Positions 42,466 to 52,915 of a stretch of 64,000 bases of DNA are shown here, one piece after another. The notes under the pieces were generated by a model. The model searched no databases. It saw nothing but the letters and a program-made list of their open reading frames with translations, and was not told the origin of the DNA. Within the stretch, counting starts at the first letter, position 1. Each line of letters starts with the position of its first letter. Made by a program: the position numbers and the translations under genes. Origin of the DNA: an uncultured Alphaproteobacteria bacterium (lineage in GTDB: Bacteria; Pseudomonadota; Alphaproteobacteria; Rhizobiales; Aestuariivirgaceae); contig CAWELV010000013.1 of NCBI GenBank assembly GCA_963810045.1, positions 74,939 to 138,938 on the forward strand, given 5' to 3'.

Positions 42466-42931
42466 ATGATCGACCTCAAGGACCGCGGAATTCTCCGTGA
42501 ACTGCAGCGTGATGCCGGCGCAATCCATCGAGGTGCTTTCGGACAAGGTGCACCTCTCGCGCAATGCCTGTTGGCGCCGGGTGAAAATCCTGGAGGATGA
42601 GGGTGTCATTCGCGCCCGCGTGGTTTTGCTCGATGCCGAGAAGCTCAATCTTGGCCTCACCGCATTCATCGCCGTGAAGACGGCCCAGCATGATCCCAAA
42701 TGGCTGGAGAAATTCGCCGCAGCCGTGAAGAGCTTCCCGGAAATTGTCGGTGTCTACCGCACCACGGGTGACACGGATTATCTGCTGCAGGCGGTCGTTT
42801 CCGATATCGCGGGCTATGACCGCCTTTACAAGCGGCTCATCGCAAAAATTCCGCTCACCGATGTCTCCTCCAGCTTCGTCATGGAGAAGATCAAGGAGAC
42901 AACGGCGCTGCCTCTCGATTCCCTGGGATGA
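42466..42931 (+). CDS. Lrp/AsnC family regulator (DecR-like; frameshift near 42495)
   Basis: LSRNACWRRVKILEDEGVI..GLTAFIAVKT..YRTTGDTDYLL..SSSFVMEKIKETTALP. Confidence 0.92.
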
Positions 42932-42934
42932 AAT

Positions 42935-43781
42935 TCACGCCGCCATGGCGCCGGCTTCCCAGCCGAGGATGGCGCGCTTGCGGGTGAGGCCCCAGTGATA
43001 GCCGCCGAGCCCGCCGGATTTTTCCAGCACCCGGTGGCAAGGCACGACAAAGGAAATGGGATTCTTGCCCACCGCCGATCCGACTGCTCTTGCTGCTTTT
43101 GGTTTGCCGATATGGGAGGCGATATCCGAATAGGTCGAGGCCTTGCCAAAGGGAATGCGGAGGATTGTTTCCCACACCCGGATTTCAAAATCCGAACCGA
43201 TGAACACAATCTCGCAAAGGCTGGTCCGGCTTCCAGCGCTCCGATTCAAAAATGCGCTTGGCATAGGCGGCCGTCGCCTGCTGGTTTTCCACGTAGGTGG
43301 CTTCCGGCCAGCGCGACGTCATGTCGGCCAACGCCGATTTCTCCTTGCCATGATCGGCAAAGGCAAGGCCCGCCAAGCCTTCGTTGGTGATCAGGATAAG
43401 GGCCCGGCCGAAGGGGCAGTCATGAAAGCCGTACTGGATGTTCAGGCCACGGCCATGGGCCTTGTAGATGCCAGGCGACATGCCTTCATGGGTCACAAAG
43501 AGATCATGCAGGCGTCCCGGGCCCGAAAGTCCGAGCTCATAGGAGGCGTCCAGAATTGAGGCCGAATCCCGCAGCAGCCCGCGGGCATGGTCAAGGGTGA
43601 CCGCCTGCAGGAAGGCCTTTGGGCTCAACCCCGCCCAGCGCGTGAACAGGCGCTGCAGATGCGTTGGGCTGAGGCCTGCCTGATCCGCCAGGGTATCGAG
43701 CGAGGGTTGGTCGCGCCAGTTTTCAGAAATGAAAGCCAGCGTGTGTTTGACCAGGTCATAATCGTGCGTTTGCTTTTCCAT
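42935..43781 (-). CDS. ada: AraC-HTH + methylated-DNA-protein-cysteine methyltransferase (Ada/Ogt-like; frameshift near 43212)
   Basis: HLQRLFTRWAGLSPK HTH; AARAVG..NPISFVVPCHRV active site. Confidence 0.88.
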
Positions 43782-43790
43782 GATCCAAAC

Positions 43791-44306
43791 TTAGTGCCGC
43801 CCAAGCCCCGGAACCACCCGATTCTTGCTCAGAAACTGCGGATTTATCAGCGCCGCTTTCAGGGCGTTTGCAAAGGAAAGCCGCTCCTGGGCCCCCAGGA
43901 AACTGGCAATTTCCGTGCGTTTTCCGCCAAAACGCAAATAAAGCGGCCCAACCAGTTCCCGCTCCCGGTCTTCTTCCAGTTCAACCCGCACCCAGCGCCT
44001 TGCAAAACGCTGCTCCTGGGCAGGCCTGTCTTCGGCAAGGCGTTTGAGCACCAGTTCATCGGAGGTGATTTCAATATGCTCGGCCCGCCGGGCATCGGCA
44101 AAATTGGCGCGGAAGGCCCACCAGATAAGAGCCACATCAAGCCCCATGAAACCCACCACCGGCCAGGCCCCGATGACATAAAAGAACACGCCAAACGTAA
44201 GATTGAATCCCACAATGACCGACATCAGGATCACGAACCCTTTGGGCGAAAGGGAGCGATGCGGCGTGAGCGTGGCCCGCCAGGTTTTCGGCTTGGTGTC
44301 GTCCAT
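43791..44306 (-). CDS. DUF2244 membrane protein
   Basis: LTPHRSLSPKGF, GAWPVVGFMGLDV, EIASFLG. Confidence 0.88.
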   Translation of the reverse strand: MDDTKPKTWRATLTPHRSLSPKGFVILMSVIVGFNLTFGVFFYVIGAWPVVGFMGLDVALIWWAFRANFADARRAEHIEITSDELVLKRLAEDRPAQEQRFARRWVRVELEEDRERELVGPLYLRFGGKRTEIASFLGAQERLSFANALKAALINPQFLSKNRVVPGLGRH

Positions 44307-44347
44307 GCTATGACCCTATGAAGCTGTATTTATTGAGCAGGGAATTC

Positions 44348-45008
44348 ATGGCAAAGGCAAGGCGCTTGAAGCCCGCGGAAATCGAGGAGATTTTCCGGCG
44401 CTTCCACGAAATTGAACCGGAGCCAAAGGGCGAGCTCAAGTCGGTCAATGAATTTACTTTTCTGGTGGCCGTGGTGCTGTCGGCGCAAGCCACTGACAGT
44501 GGGCGTCAACCGCGCCACCGCAGCGCTTTTCAAAGCCGTGGATACGCCGGAAAAAATGCTGGCGTTGGGTGAAGAGGGCCTGCGCGATTACATCAAGTCC
44601 ATCGGCCTCTACCGCGCCAAGGCCAAGAACGTGATGGCGCTCTCAAAAATTCTTGTGGAGAAACATGCCGGCTTAGTTCCTCCTGATCGCGAAGCCCTTG
44701 AGGCGCTTCCCGGCGTGGGACGAAAAACCGCCAATGTGGTTTTGAATATTATTTTTGGTGAATCCACCATCGCCGTCGATACCCATCTCTTTCGCGTGGG
44801 AAACCGCACGGGGCTGGCGCCGGGAAAATCTCCTTATGAGGTGGAGAAGACCTTGTTGAAAGTCATTCCCAAACAGTACCTGCGCCATGCCCATCACTGG
44901 CTGATCCTTCATGGCCGTTATATCTGCAAGGCGCGAAGGCCCGAATGCTGGCGCTGCCCTATCATCGACATCTGCCAGTTCAGGGAGAAGACGCCCGCAC
45001 CTGCTTGA
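44348..45008 (+). CDS. nth: Endonuclease III (frameshift near 44500)
   Basis: AVVLSAQATD, LPGVGRKTANVV HhH, VDTH, C-X6-C-X2-C-X5-C Fe-S motif. Confidence 0.95.
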
Positions 45009-45643
45009 AGATGTGGGTGAAGTAGGACGTCGCAAACAGCGGCACCACCAGGTTCACCACAGGGATAACGGACAGGACGGCGGGCACAAATCCCGCCGCA
45101 AATATCCGCGGGGTATTCTCCCGGCGCAGCAGGCGCGCCTCGTCGATGGCCATGTGCCGCATGGCAATCATCTCAAAAAATTCGCGGCTCAGGAGATAGG
45201 CGTTGGCGACGATCAAAGCCAGAGCGCCAACGCCGGTGAAGACGAGAGGCAGCACCGCGATGTTCACCAGCAGAATAATCAGGGCAAACTGCAATGAGGT
45301 CTGCACCGCGCGAAATCCGGAAAGCGGCGTGCCCGCGGGATCCCGTGCATAGTGCCGGGCTTCAACCCGCCCGGCGATATCATCAAGATAAAGGCCGGCG
45401 AAAATGGCGGTGACAGGCGCCATCATGAAAAAGAACGCCACCAGCAGCACCAGGCCCAGCGCCGATTGCGGCAAGTGTTTCAGCCCAGGCCCAGGGAATG
45501 AGCGTGAGAGAGGTGAGCAGGACTTCAACGCCAATCAAAATTGCAATGAACAGCGCAAGCGTCATGCCAATGGCCTTGAACAGGACGGAGCGGAAGTCCC
45601 GTGACAGGAGATCGCCAAGGGCGCTGAAGGCGGCTGAAATCAT
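44980..45643 (-). CDS. CysZ-like (EI24 domain) membrane protein (frameshift near 45465)
   Basis: FRSVLFK..APVTAIFAGLYLDDIA..VEARHY..NAYLLSREFFE..IPVVNL. Confidence 0.8.
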
Positions 45644-45718
45644 GGGCGAACAGGTAAGGCTTCAGGCTTGCCTCTGCAAGTGGCTTCCGCTAGGGGCTGT
45701 GTTGAGTTCGGGGAGATT

Positions 45719-46717
45719 ATGATCGTGCAGGCTGGGATTGATGTTCTGACAATTGGCAACGCCATTGTTGATGTGATTGCCAAAGTGGATGATGCCTTTG
45801 TGCAGGAGAATGGCCTGGTCAAGGGCTCGATGAACCTGATCGATGAGGCGCGCGCCGAAGCGCTTTATGCCAGCATGGGCCCGGCCATTGAAATCTCCGG
45901 CGGCTCGGCGGGAAATACCGCGGCAGGTGTCGCCTCCTTCGGCGGCAAGGCTGCCTATTTCGGCAAGGTAAAGGCCGATCAATTGGGCGGCATTTACGCC
46001 CACGACATGCGCGCCCAAGGCGTGCGGTTTGAATCGAAGGCTGCAACCGATGGCCCGGCCACGGCACGCTCATTCATTCTGGTGACGCCCGAAGGCGAGC
46101 GCACCATGAATACCTATCTGGGCGCCTGCGTGCATTTGACCGTGGCCGATATCGACGAAAAAATCGTCTCCGCCGCCAAGGTCACCTACATGGAAGGCTA
46201 TCTCTGGGACAAGCCGGAAGCCAAGGAAGCCTTCAAGCTTGCTGCAAAAATCGCCCGCAAAGCCGGACGCCTGACCTCAATCACGCTTTCCGATTCCTTT
46301 TGCGTTGAGCGCCATCGTGAAAGTTTTCTCGAGCTCATCCGGAAAGACATTGACATCGTCTTTGCCAATGAAACCGAAATAAAATCGCTTTACCGGACGC
46401 AGAATTTTGACGGTGCCCTGCAGGCGCTCCGCAAGGATTGTGAAGTCGCCGTTGTTACGCGCTCGGCCTTGGGCAGTGTCGTGGCCCATGGTGATGACGT
46501 TCTGGTGGCGCCCGCAATTGCCGTTCCGCATGTCGTAGATGTGACGGGCGCCGGCGACCTCTACGCTGCTGGATTTCTCTTCGGATACACGCAAGGCTTC
46601 GGCAATGCGCGCTCAGCCCAATTGGGGAGCCTCGCCGCCGCCGAAATCATTTCCCACGTGGGTGCCCGCCCTGAAGTCAATCTCAGGGGCCATGCAAAAG
46701 AGGCAGGCCTGCTCTAA
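45719..46717 (+). CDS. PfkB-family kinase (adenosine kinase-like)
   Basis: IGNAIVD, SGGSAGNT, GERTMNTYLGA, FANETE, DVTGAGDLYAAG. Confidence 0.92.
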   Translation: MIVQAGIDVLTIGNAIVDVIAKVDDAFVQENGLVKGSMNLIDEARAEALYASMGPAIEISGGSAGNTAAGVASFGGKAAYFGKVKADQLGGIYAHDMRAQGVRFESKAATDGPATARSFILVTPEGERTMNTYLGACVHLTVADIDEKIVSAAKVTYMEGYLWDKPEAKEAFKLAAKIARKAGRLTSITLSDSFCVERHRESFLELIRKDIDIVFANETEIKSLYRTQNFDGALQALRKDCEVAVVTRSALGSVVAHGDDVLVAPAIAVPHVVDVTGAGDLYAAGFLFGYTQGFGNARSAQLGSLAAAEIISHVGARPEVNLRGHAKEAGLL

Positions 46718-47685
46718 CCCGTTGCCTCTTCGGCGCCATCTTCGGAGTCTGGTTTTTTCCTCAAATGAATGCGGATGCGTTTGACCCGCCGCGCATCCGA
46801 TTGCAGGATTTCAAATTCCAGGCCGCTGTCGTGCTTGATGATTTCGCCGCGCGCCGGTACGCGCCCTGCCATTTCGAAAATCAGCCCGCCAAGCGTATCC
46901 GCTTCATCCTCTTCCTCGTCCGAGAGGAGATCAACGCCGAGCAACTCGTCAACGGCGGAAATTTGCACGCGGGCGTCGGCCACATAGATGTTGTCATCCT
47001 GGCGCGTGATCAATTGTTCATCGTCGGTGTCGTGCTCATCGGAAATGTCGCCGACAATTTCCTCAACCAGATCTTCAATCGAAATGAGCCCGTCACTGCC
47101 GCCATACTCGTCAATGACGATGGCCAAATGAATGTGGCTGGCCTGCATCTTGAGCAGCAGGTCGGCGGCCGGCATGGAGGGGGGCACAAAAAGCACTTCG
47201 CGGTAGATCCCCGATTGCTTGACCGGCAGCGCCAGATCCTTTGCCGAAATGTTGATGCCCGGGTTCTTTGCCGTGGTTTTCGACTTTGCCCCCCTGAGCG
47301 ACATCCAGCGCATGAAATCCTTCACATGGATCATGCCAGCGATGTCATCAAGGGTTTCGCGGTAGACCGGCATCCTCGAATGGTTGGCCTCGTTGAATTT
47401 GGCGAGCAGTTCGCGCATCGTGGCGCTGTCCTCGATGGCGATGATGTCGGCCCGCGGCACCATTGCGTCATCAACGCGCAGGCCTGAAAACGTGATCAGG
47501 TTGCGCATCATCGACGTGGTTTCCTGGCCGAGATCGTCCTGCGGATTCTGCGCCTGATGGGTTTCGATGACGTTTTCCAGGTCCTCTCGCAGGCCCTTGT
47601 CGCGGGAGACCGAAAACTTGTTCAGGAATTTCCGGAGGAATCCCTCTCCTACAGGAACGGGTGGCGGTGTCGTTTCGTTACTCAT
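46714..47685 (-). CDS. corC: CBS-pair/CorC-HlyC Mg2+/Co2+ transport protein
   Basis: MVPRADI, HSRMPVYRETLD, HLAIVIDEYGG..EDLVEEIVGDI, DTLGG. Confidence 0.9.
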   Translation of the reverse strand: MSNETTPPPVPVGEGFLRKFLNKFSVSRDKGLREDLENVIETHQAQNPQDDLGQETTSMMRNLITFSGLRVDDAMVPRADIIAIEDSATMRELLAKFNEANHSRMPVYRETLDDIAGMIHVKDFMRWMSLRGAKSKTTAKNPGINISAKDLALPVKQSGIYREVLFVPPSMPAADLLLKMQASHIHLAIVIDEYGGSDGLISIEDLVEEIVGDISDEHDTDDEQLITRQDDNIYVADARVQISAVDELLGVDLLSDEEEDEADTLGGLIFEMAGRVPARGEIIKHDSGLEFEILQSDARRVKRIRIHLRKKPDSEDGAEEATG

Positions 47686-48137
47686 GATGCGTAGGGATTT
47701 TCCATTCCCAGTTCTGCAAGTATCATAATTTCACGGGCCTCCATGGCCGCGGCTTCGTCATCAGTTTCATGGTCGTATCCTAGCAGATGCAAAACGCCAT
47801 GTACGATCAAATGCGTGACATGGTGACCGACGGGCTTTTTCTGCTCCAGCGCCTCCCGCGAAATGACGCCGTAAGCCAGCGCAATATCACCCAGGGGGCG
47901 GGGCTCGCCTTCAGGCACCGGCGTTGCGGTGGAAACCGGAAATGACAGGACATTGGTGGCTTTAGGCTTGCCTCGCCACTGCCCGTTCATCTCTGCTATT
48001 CGGGCATCCGAGGTAAAGAGCAGGCCGATCGTCACATCATCGTCCGGCAGCGCGGCCGAAACAGCAGTCCCGGCAAGCCTGCGAAGATCGGGAACCGCGC
48101 GCCAATCCTTGTCGTCAATACTGATGTCAAGGTTCAT
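47682..48137 (-). CDS. ybeY: rRNA maturation RNase YbeY
   Basis: TNVLSFP, LGDIAL, HGVLHLLGYDH. Confidence 0.96.
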   Translation of the reverse strand: MNLDISIDDKDWRAVPDLRRLAGTAVSAALPDDDVTIGLLFTSDARIAEMNGQWRGKPKATNVLSFPVSTATPVPEGEPRPLGDIALAYGVISREALEQKKPVGHHVTHLIVHGVLHLLGYDHETDDEAAAMEAREIMILAELGMENPYAS

Positions 48138-49159
48138 CGTTGTTGGGTGAGACTTTTGACCTTGGCTCCCAGCTTATCATAGGCGGCAACAATCCGCCCA
48201 ACCAGCGCATGCCTGACGATATCGCTGGTTGAGAATTTTATTTGCTCCGTACCCTGAACACCTTTCAAAACCCGCAAGGCATCGTCGAGGCCGGAACTGG
48301 CGCCCGTTGGCAAGTCAACCTGGCTGGGGTCGCCGGTAATTACCATGCGGCTGCCTTCGCCAAGCCGCGTCAAGAACATTTTCATTTGCTGCGGCGAAGT
48401 GTTTTGCGCTTCGTCGAGAATGATGAAGGCCGACGCCAGGGTGCGCCCGCGCATGAAGGCGAGCGGCGCAATTTCAATCTGGTTCTCGGCCAGGCCCTTG
48501 GTCACCAGGGCCGCCGGCATCATGTCGTAAAGCGCGTCATAGAGCGGGCGCAGATAGGGATCGACCTTGTCTTTCATGTCGCCGGGCAGGAAGCCCAGGC
48601 GTTCGCCCGCTTCGACAGCGGGACGCGACAGGATAATGCGGTCCACTTCGCCGTTCATCAAGGCTTCGGCAGCGCACGCTACCGCTAGATAGGTCTTGCC
48701 CGTGCCCGCCGGGCCAATGCCGAACACCAATTCGTTCTTGCGAATGGCTTCCACATAATTTGTCTGCATAGGGGTGCGCGGCATCACCAGCTTGCGCCTC
48801 GTGCGCACCGTGCCTTCCTTGACCTCCTTGTCATGAACCGATTGATTCATGCGGATTGCCCCTTCAACTTCGCCACGATTGATTTCAAGTCCGCGGCGCG
48901 CCCGTTGATAGAGTTGCGACAAGACATTCTTGGCGCCATCGCGCGCCGGACCAATGCCGCGAATGGACACGCGGTTGCCGCGCGGCGTGATGGCCACCCC
49001 CATGCGATGCTCGATGAGGGCGATGTGTTCATCGTGTTCGCCAAATAAAAGGGAGAGCAGGCGGTTGTCGTCAAAAGCGAGGGTGAGTGTGTCATGGTCG
49101 TCCGCGCTGAGGCTGGACTTAAGGGTTGCGAGCTGGGCTGCACTGGCTTGCGAATTCAA
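48134..49159 (-). CDS. phoH: PhoH-like ATPase (YbeZ)
   Basis: GPAGTGKTYLA, RPAVEAGERLGFLPG, LAFMRGRT, DEAQN. Confidence 0.95.
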   Translation of the reverse strand: MNSQASAAQLATLKSSLSADDHDTLTLAFDDNRLLSLLFGEHDEHIALIEHRMGVAITPRGNRVSIRGIGPARDGAKNVLSQLYQRARRGLEINRGEVEGAIRMNQSVHDKEVKEGTVRTRRKLVMPRTPMQTNYVEAIRKNELVFGIGPAGTGKTYLAVACAAEALMNGEVDRIILSRPAVEAGERLGFLPGDMKDKVDPYLRPLYDALYDMMPAALVTKGLAENQIEIAPLAFMRGRTLASAFIILDEAQNTSPQQMKMFLTRLGEGSRMVITGDPSQVDLPTGASSGLDDALRVLKGVQGTEQIKFSTSDIVRHALVGRIVAAYDKLGAKVKSLTQQR

Positions 49160-49196
49160 CTGTGACTTTCTCCTTTTATTGCTTCAAACCTCAGAA

Positions 49197-50551
49197 TCAT
49201 GCTTCCACCAACTCAATATGGCCCGAAAGACTGTTTGTGCCAACACTATCTATTTTAACCTCTAAAACTGTCCCAATTTGGGCCTTTTGGCCATTTACGT
49301 GGACCGGCTGCAGATAAGGTGAACGCCCCATTAACTGGCTTGAGTTCCCGGCCCGGTTTTTCCAGGAGAACGGGAAGGGTCTTGCCCACACAGGAGCGGT
49401 TAAAGGCGGTTTGCTGGGCGTGGATCAGGGCCTGAATGCGGAGAAGCCGCTCGGTCACCACCTCGTCCGGCACTTGGTAAGGGTGCTCGGCGGCAGGCGT
49501 TCCGGGCCTTGGTGAATATTTGAAGCAATAGGCGCTGGCGTAACCCACCGATTCAATGAGATTCAAGGTGTCTTCAAAATCCGCATCGGTTTCGCCGGGA
49601 AAGCCCACGATGAAGTCACCGGATAGCGCCATGTCGGGCCGCGCCCCGCGAACTTTGTGAAACGGTCCTCAGATAATAATCGATCGCCATGGCCGCGGTT
49701 CATGGCTTTCAGGACACGGTCGCTGCCGCTTTGAACCGGCAGATGCAGGAAGGGCATGAGCTTCGGGTTGCTGGCATGGGCCTCGATCAACGCTTCGTCC
49801 ATATCCCTCGGGTGGCTCGTGGTGTAACGCAGGCGCTTGATACCATCGATGTGTGACAGCTTTGCGATGAGTCCCGCGAGTGACAACGCCCTCGCCGTGA
49901 TAGGCATTGACGTTCTGCCCCAGAAGCGTGATTTCGCGCACCCCGGCATCGGCAAGCCGCCGGGCTTCCCGTTCGATCTGTGATGACGGGCGGGAGAATT
50001 CGGCGCCCCGCGTATAGGGCACCACACAGAAACTGCAGAACTTGTCACAGCCTTCCTGTACCGTGAGAAAAGCCGAGACATTCCGGTTCAGAACCCGGTG
50101 GCCGTTTTGCTGTTCCAGCGCTTCGAATTTGTCTTCCGCCGGAAATTCCGTTTCGACAATCGCGTCACCGGTTTTGAGGCGCCGCGCGATGAGGTCCGGC
50201 AGGCGGTGATAGGTCTGCGGGCCAAAGACGAGATCGACGGTTTTGGCCCGGCGGATGATTTCTGCGCCTTCGGCCTGGGCCACACAGCCCGCCACCGCCA
50301 CCAGCATCTCGCCGCCTGACTCCTGCTTGGCTTTCTTCAAGCGCTTCATCCGGCCAAGTTCCGAATAGACCTTTTCAGCCGCATGTTCGCGGATATGGCA
50401 GGTATTGAAGATCACCAGGTCGGCCAGATCGCGGAACCGGCGTTTCCGCATAGCCCATGGCCTTCAGCGTATCGCGCATGCGCTCGCTGTCATAGACATT
50501 CATCTGGCAGCCATAGGTTTTGACGTAAACTGACTTTTGGGCGGTGCTCAT
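49197..50551 (-). CDS. miaB: tRNA-2-methylthio-N6-dimethylallyladenosine synthase MiaB (several frameshifts)
   Basis: [27 protein letters not shown] radical-SAM motif, [22 protein letters not shown] domain. Confidence 0.95.
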
Positions 50552-50561
50552 GGCTCGTGTG

Positions 50562-51338
50562 CTAGCTCATTTTGGCCCGGCCGTGAAGCGCATCCACCAG
50601 ACCCCGCCGCACTGCTTCCTCCGCCTGTTTCGCTAGGATTTTCCGGTTGCCATGATCGGCCATGGAGAGGGCCGCATGGCAGATGATCTTCACTTCGATT
50701 GGTCCGTGAGCCGCCGCCGCCCAAAGATGGGGCGGCATCTCCATGTCGCCATACCAGGCATAGAGCGGGCGCAGGCGCCGCGGCATCGGCAGGTTGCGGT
50801 GGCCTGTATAGACAATACTCAGCGGCTGAACTGCGATAGTGGAGTTTTCAGCGGCGGCAAAGAAAGTCGATTTGAAGGGCAGAACCCGCGTTCCGTCGCC
50901 GGAAGTTCCTTCCGCAAAAAGCACCAGCATATCGCCCGCCGCAAGCCGTTCGCGCATTTCATCGCGTGAAGCGCCGGTCGTAATGCGCCGCGCGCGGTCG
51001 ACAAACACGGTGCGCTGCAGGCGCGCCAGTGTTCCAAAGAACGGCCAGGCATTCACGTCGTGCCTGGCAATGAAGGAAACCGGTGCCAGCGAACTCAGAA
51101 TCACGATATCGAGCCAAGACACATGATTTGCCGCAAGAATTGCAGGACCCTGTTTCAGGACTTCGCCCTCAATGCTCACCCTGACGCCAAGGATGCGCAG
51201 GACAAGGCGGTGGTAATACATAGGGAACACGCGGGCCATGCGCGGCCAGAACCAGACGAAGAGTTGCTGCACCGGCATCAGGGGAATGGTGACGCCGGCA
51301 AAGGTCATAAGCACCATTGTGGCGCGCAGCCGGCTCAC
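50562..51338 (-). CDS. Lysophospholipid/lyso-ornithine lipid acyltransferase (PlsC/OlsA family)
   Basis: NHVSWLD (HxxxxD), FAEGTS, PFKS; position next to miaB. Confidence 0.9.
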   Translation of the reverse strand: MSRLRATMVLMTFAGVTIPLMPVQQLFVWFWPRMARVFPMYYHRLVLRILGVRVSIEGEVLKQGPAILAANHVSWLDIVILSSLAPVSFIARHDVNAWPFFGTLARLQRTVFVDRARRITTGASRDEMRERLAAGDMLVLFAEGTSGDGTRVLPFKSTFFAAAENSTIAVQPLSIVYTGHRNLPMPRRLRPLYAWYGDMEMPPHLWAAAAHGPIEVKIICHAALSMADHGNRKILAKQAEEAVRRGLVDALHGRAKMS

Positions 51339-51341
51339 CCC

Positions 51342-52439
51342 TCACAGGCCCTTGCGCATGATCAGGGCATCTTCGCGTTTGCCATCATTGCGCTCGTAGT
51401 AATTTTTTCGCAATCCGGCCTTCTCGAATCCGCAAGATGCATAAAGCGCAAGCGCCGCACGATTTGAAACGGCAACTTCAATGAACAGGGATTTCACATC
51501 TCCACTTTTGAGAAGAGTTTCGAGGTGCTGCATCAGGAGTTTGCCGTGGCCCTTCTGGCGAAAAGCCGGACGCGTGCAGATGGTGAGAATTTCCGCCTCA
51601 TCGGCCGCCCGACGAAACAGCACAAATCCCATCGGCGTGTTCTGGCTCGAAACAAGAATCGCCGATGTGCCTGTGACGGCAAGCATTTCGCTGAAGGCGG
51701 ATTCACTCCACCGCGTCTCAAAACTTTCACCGTGGATTTCCGCCAGCAATTTTGCCGCGGTCTGTCCCACTGTGCTGAAGGAAATTTTTGGACCTTGCGG
51801 CTTTACATCGGGCGAGCGCAGGTAAAGCGGTTCCGGCGGCACAGTGGATGGTGGAATGCCGGCGGCGCCCTTCACAAAATTTGCCGCAACCGGCAGGTCT
51901 CCAGCATCGCTGCGCAGATGCTGATGGCCATCCAGCTTATTCAGCAACAACTCTGCCGCTGTTCCAAGCAACTTGACTGGATAGCTTGGCATGAACTTGT
52001 GCGTGTCGGCCAGCGCCACAATGGCGGGCGCTTTCATTTCATGCCCCGATTGATCATAGGCGGCGAAATAGATTTCATTGGCCCGCGCATCGACTGCAAC
52101 CACAATAGGAAGATCACTTGCCGTCTCGTTGCAGGCAATGGCCGCGAGCGAAGTGATGCCGGTGATGGGAACGTTGAGTGCAACACCTAGGCCCCGCGCC
52201 ATTGCAAGGCCAATGCGAACCCCCGTAAATGTGCCGGGGCCCGTGGTGACTGCAATGCGGGCAAGGTCTTTGAAAGCAACGCCCGCCAACATCATCGTTT
52301 CTTGCACCATGGGCGCCAGGGCCTCCGCCTGCCCTCGGTCCATGAACGCATGGCGCGAGCCAAGAATCCGCCCGCGGACGGCGTCATAAACGCAGACCGA
52401 GCACGCCGCCATTGAAGTGTCCAAAGCAAGTACAAGCAT
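51342..52439 (-). CDS. tsaB: Fused TsaB (t6A biosynthesis) - RimI (ribosomal protein N-acetyltransferase)
   Basis: LALDTS, AVTTGPGTFTGVRIG, DARANEIY, PLYLR, then DEAEILTI..FRQKGHG..LFIEVAVSNRAALALY..RKNYY in one frame. Confidence 0.9.
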   Translation of the reverse strand: MLVLALDTSMAACSVCVYDAVRGRILGSRHAFMDRGQAEALAPMVQETMMLAGVAFKDLARIAVTTGPGTFTGVRIGLAMARGLGVALNVPITGITSLAAIACNETASDLPIVVAVDARANEIYFAAYDQSGHEMKAPAIVALADTHKFMPSYPVKLLGTAAELLLNKLDGHQHLRSDAGDLPVAANFVKGAAGIPPSTVPPEPLYLRSPDVKPQGPKISFSTVGQTAAKLLAEIHGESFETRWSESAFSEMLAVTGTSAILVSSQNTPMGFVLFRRAADEAEILTICTRPAFRQKGHGKLLMQHLETLLKSGDVKSLFIEVAVSNRAALALYASCGFEKAGLRKNYYERNDGKREDALIMRKGL

Positions 52440-52486
52440 TATGCTGCTTGATAGGCCGCAAGGGTCATCCAAGGCAAGTTTGCGAA

Positions 52487-52915
52487 CTAGGGATGAATAA
52501 CACCCTTGCGCAGGATAAGATTGCCGTAAAGGCGGCGCTCGCCCGAGGCCACGATGGCGTAGCAGGCCTTCACCCGATTGTAGAAATCAGACCCCACCAG
52601 AACCGAAATCTTTTGCGTTGGTTCGTATTGCTTGAGGATCTTTTCAAAATCTGAGAATACCGGTTCCATGCGCTTGGCGTCCCCGCCGGCGGCCGGCCGG
52701 AATACGGCTTCGGGAACAAATTCATCAACCGGCATTACCGAGAGGATGGCCTCGACGATGCGCGGCGCATCATGGCCGTCCATGCGCACCAGTCTCTTGG
52801 CGTCCGTTTCCGCCGGATAATTGCCATCCACAACGGCAATCTCGTCACCGTGCCCCATGGTGCGCAATACAGCCAGAAGCTCAGGCCCCAGCAGAGGATC
52901 AATACCCTTGAGCAT
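52487..52915 (-). CDS. RbsD/FucU family sugar mutarotase
   Basis: MLKGIDPLLGPELL..MGHGDEIAVVDGNYP..GERRLYGNLILRKGV. Confidence 0.92.
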   Translation of the reverse strand: MLKGIDPLLGPELLAVLRTMGHGDEIAVVDGNYPAETDAKRLVRMDGHDAPRIVEAILSVMPVDEFVPEAVFRPAAGGDAKRMEPVFSDFEKILKQYEPTQKISVLVGSDFYNRVKACYAIVASGERRLYGNLILRKGVIHP

